The translations under genes and the position numbers were made by a program. From assembly GCA_009602735.1 (NCBI GenBank), contig WELA01001020.1:119392-151265 (forward strand): 31,874 nucleotides of DNA, read 5' to 3'. Within the stretch, counting starts at the first letter, position 1, and every line of letters starts with the position of its first letter. The stretch is from Mesotaenium endlicherianum (taxonomy: Eukaryota). Below, piece by piece: positions 29,658-31,874 of this stretch. The notes beneath the pieces are model-generated. The model did not search any database, had not been told where the DNA came from, and was given only the letters and a program-made list of their open reading frames with translations.

Positions 29658-31693
29658 ATGCTCTGCTCTGCCCTCGCCCGAGCGTTTCCCGGCCACCTCC
29701 TGGCCGCCCGCAGCGCATGCGTCGCCCTCACCCGGCAGCTGCCGCCTGGCACGTTCTCCCCGGCCCTCGGACCGCAGCTGCCGCCCGGAACCAGAAGAGC
29801 CGCCGCACCGGGCGCAACAAGCACATTGGGCACAAGCAGTGCAGCTGCCCGCTTGCATGCTGAGCGCTTTGCGCGACCTCTTTGCGTGTGCCGCTCGGCC
29901 TCCTCGGCAGCCCATGGGGGAGCAGGGACTGGGGCAGGGGCGGGGGCAGAGGCGGGAGAGGGCGACTCGTCGAATGCGCCCGACGTGACACGCAAGGCCG
30001 CCGCCCTCATCATAGGGAACGAGATTCTGACGGGGAAGATACAGGACACCAACACCGCCACGCTAGGTATCCGCGTCGCCTCTGCCTGCCTGCGTCTCGG
30101 TCTACAGGTTGGGCTGCCGTGGGCGACGCTCTTAGGGTTTGCCACGTGGCCCTTTTCTCAAAGCAGCTGCAAAAAAGTTGTACCCAAGCCAGTGTGCATC
30201 CGCTGCCTGCGGCCGTCACAGAAGCGAGATAGGGCCATGTAGTATTTACGGCATGTGTGTGCTTTTGTGTGTGTGTGTGTGTGTGCGTGTGTGTGTGTGT
30301 ATGTGCCTGTGTGTATTTGTGTCTGTGTATGTGAGCGCACGCGCACGTGAGAGCATGCGTACGCGGGCGTGTATGTGTGCGTGTGTGGCATTCAAGTGGT
30401 CCTCCCGTTGCGCCCCACCTGTCTCATGCTAAGAAAAAAACTGGGGGGACTCTCCTCCACTCTACTCTTCGGGGGTGGGCGGGGGGGCGGACGGGTGGGC
30501 TGGCGGGCTGACGGGCGGGCGCGTTCAACGGAGAAGCAAAGACGCTGTTCAGCCGAGGGGTGGACATGGTGCGCGCGGAGGTGGTGCTTGACGTGGAGAG
30601 CCACATCGTGGACGCCATCCATCGCCTCCGCGCGTGCGTGGGCGACTCCGGCGTTGTCTTCACCAGGTGGGCATTTGGCTGGCTGGCTGACTGACTGACT
30701 GACGCAGGGGGAGGGGGGGAAGGGGGGGGGAGGGAAGGGGGGGGGCACCTGCTGGTGTTTCAAACGAACCTTCTGCCCCTGCTTCTTCCCTCCTCATTTT
30801 CCGCTCTCCCCAAGCCTTCTCTCCTTCCTCGGAGGAGCCCCCCTCCAGGGGCGCAGGTGGGTCGCCGCTCTTCCTTGGCCCCGCCGCTGGTCCTGCTGCC
30901 CCTGCTCCTGCTGCTGGCAGACGGTTCCACAGCCCTGCCTCCCTCCCTCTCTCCCTCCCTCCCTCCCTTTGTCCTTCCCTCTCTTTTTGCACGAGCGTGA
31001 GGGGAGTGGTGGAGCTCACCAGCAAGACTCCGGAAGGCGGCTTCAGCTTCAGCTCAGGTCGCTTGCTCGTGTGCCCCTCGTACCAATCCCTGCCAGAGCT
31101 GGGGGCGGGGGCGTGCGAGAGGCGCAGGCAGATCCTCTGGCCATGCACGCAGCCTGCCGTGCCATGGCCTCCTGCCGCGTGCCTGCTCCATCCATCCCGC
31201 CCTCCAGCTCAGTGGTCCTCGGAGGATGTTCCTCGAGACCCAGCAGTGGTGGTGGTTGGGGCGCGCTCGCGCGCGCGCGTGTGCGTGCGTGCGTGGGTGG
31301 GATTCTGCTGTAGTCGGATGAGCGCGCGCACGCGCGTGCGGTCGGGCGGGCGGGCTTGTGGGCAGGAGCGAGCGTGTGGCAGTGGCGGCGCAGAGAGCGT
31401 CTTGCCTCACAGAGCATGTCGTCACTGGTGCTGCACGGCTGGCAGAGGACTCAGAGGCACTCAGAGGACACCGGGCAGCCGCCTACCGCGGCCACTGCCT
31501 CTGCCGCCTCCGCTTCCTCCTCTCTTCCCTCACTTGCTCTCTTTTTCCTGCAGAGGGTTTGGAGAAAGTGACGGCGTGCGCGTGCATGCGTATGGGCAGC
31601 GGGGGCATCGGCCCAACGCACGATGACATCACGTACGCTGCTCTGGCAGCTGCCTTTGGCCGCCAGCTTGTGCTCCATGAGCCCACTGTTGAG
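29658..31693 (+). CDS. MoCF-biosynthesis/CinA-like domain protein (FAD synthase molybdopterin-binding-like / FAD diphosphatase-like), 5' part; continues beyond the window
   Basis: Exons 29658-30066, 30537-30666, 31600-31693 splice in frame: AAALIIGNEILTGKIQDTNTATLAKTLFSRGVDMVRAEVVLDVESHIVDAIHRLRACVGDSGVVFTSGGIGPTHDDITYAALAAAFGRQLVLHEPTVE. IIGNEIL.G...DTN and GGIGPTHDD.T are diagnostic. The Ala/Arg/Ser-rich, acid-poor N-terminus resembles an organellar transit peptide. Confidence 0.9.
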
Positions 31694-31825
31694 GTGAGGG
31701 CGTGAGCCCAGTTGCCCCTCCCCTTCCCACTCCTGCCGTCCCTTCTCTCTCACACGCACTTACACACACATACACACACACACATACACGCATGTGCGTA
31801 CGCTCTGGGAGGGATGACCGTCAGC

Positions 31826-31829
<4 letters not shown>

Positions 31830-31874
<45 letters not shown>
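31830..31874. repeat. (CT)n microsatellite at the window end
   Basis: Directly visible. Confidence 0.95.

Noticed and set aside
30997..31150. Coding-looking stretch inside MoCF-gene intron 2
   Set aside because: The flanking exons join in frame without it, it has no convincing splice sites, and I recognise no homologue.

Overview
Eukaryotic, intron-rich plant-lineage DNA from a gapped draft assembly. A streptophyte green alga or early land plant is my inference from the land-plant-type proteins and GC-rich, microsatellite-filled introns. Genes spliced by hand: two diverged beta-tubulin paralogues (minus strand, 1371-3487 and 10452-12716, 443 aa each); between them an RMR-type PA-TM-RING-H2 vacuolar sorting receptor (+, 5738-9202); a Golgi Qa-SNARE of the SYP3/Sed5 type (+, 13986-16562); a long low-complexity coiled-coil gene (minus, 18491 to at least 22572) ending in a transmembrane helix plus a 12-aa tail '...TGEPLPT*', matching the plant KASH/LINC signature; and the 5' part of a CinA/MoCF-domain (FAD synthase/hydrolase-like) gene (+, 29658 onward). 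Two orphan gene fragments (one exostosin GT47 exon in an RMR intron, two NAA15 exons between copies of a 733-bp duplication) abut single N bases and simple repeats and are probably assembly chimeras. The best leads are the candidate KASH protein and a recurring intron design with C-rich 5' ends and G-rich 3' ends lacking a polypyrimidine tract. No rRNA, tRNA, CRISPR array or intact transposon was seen.
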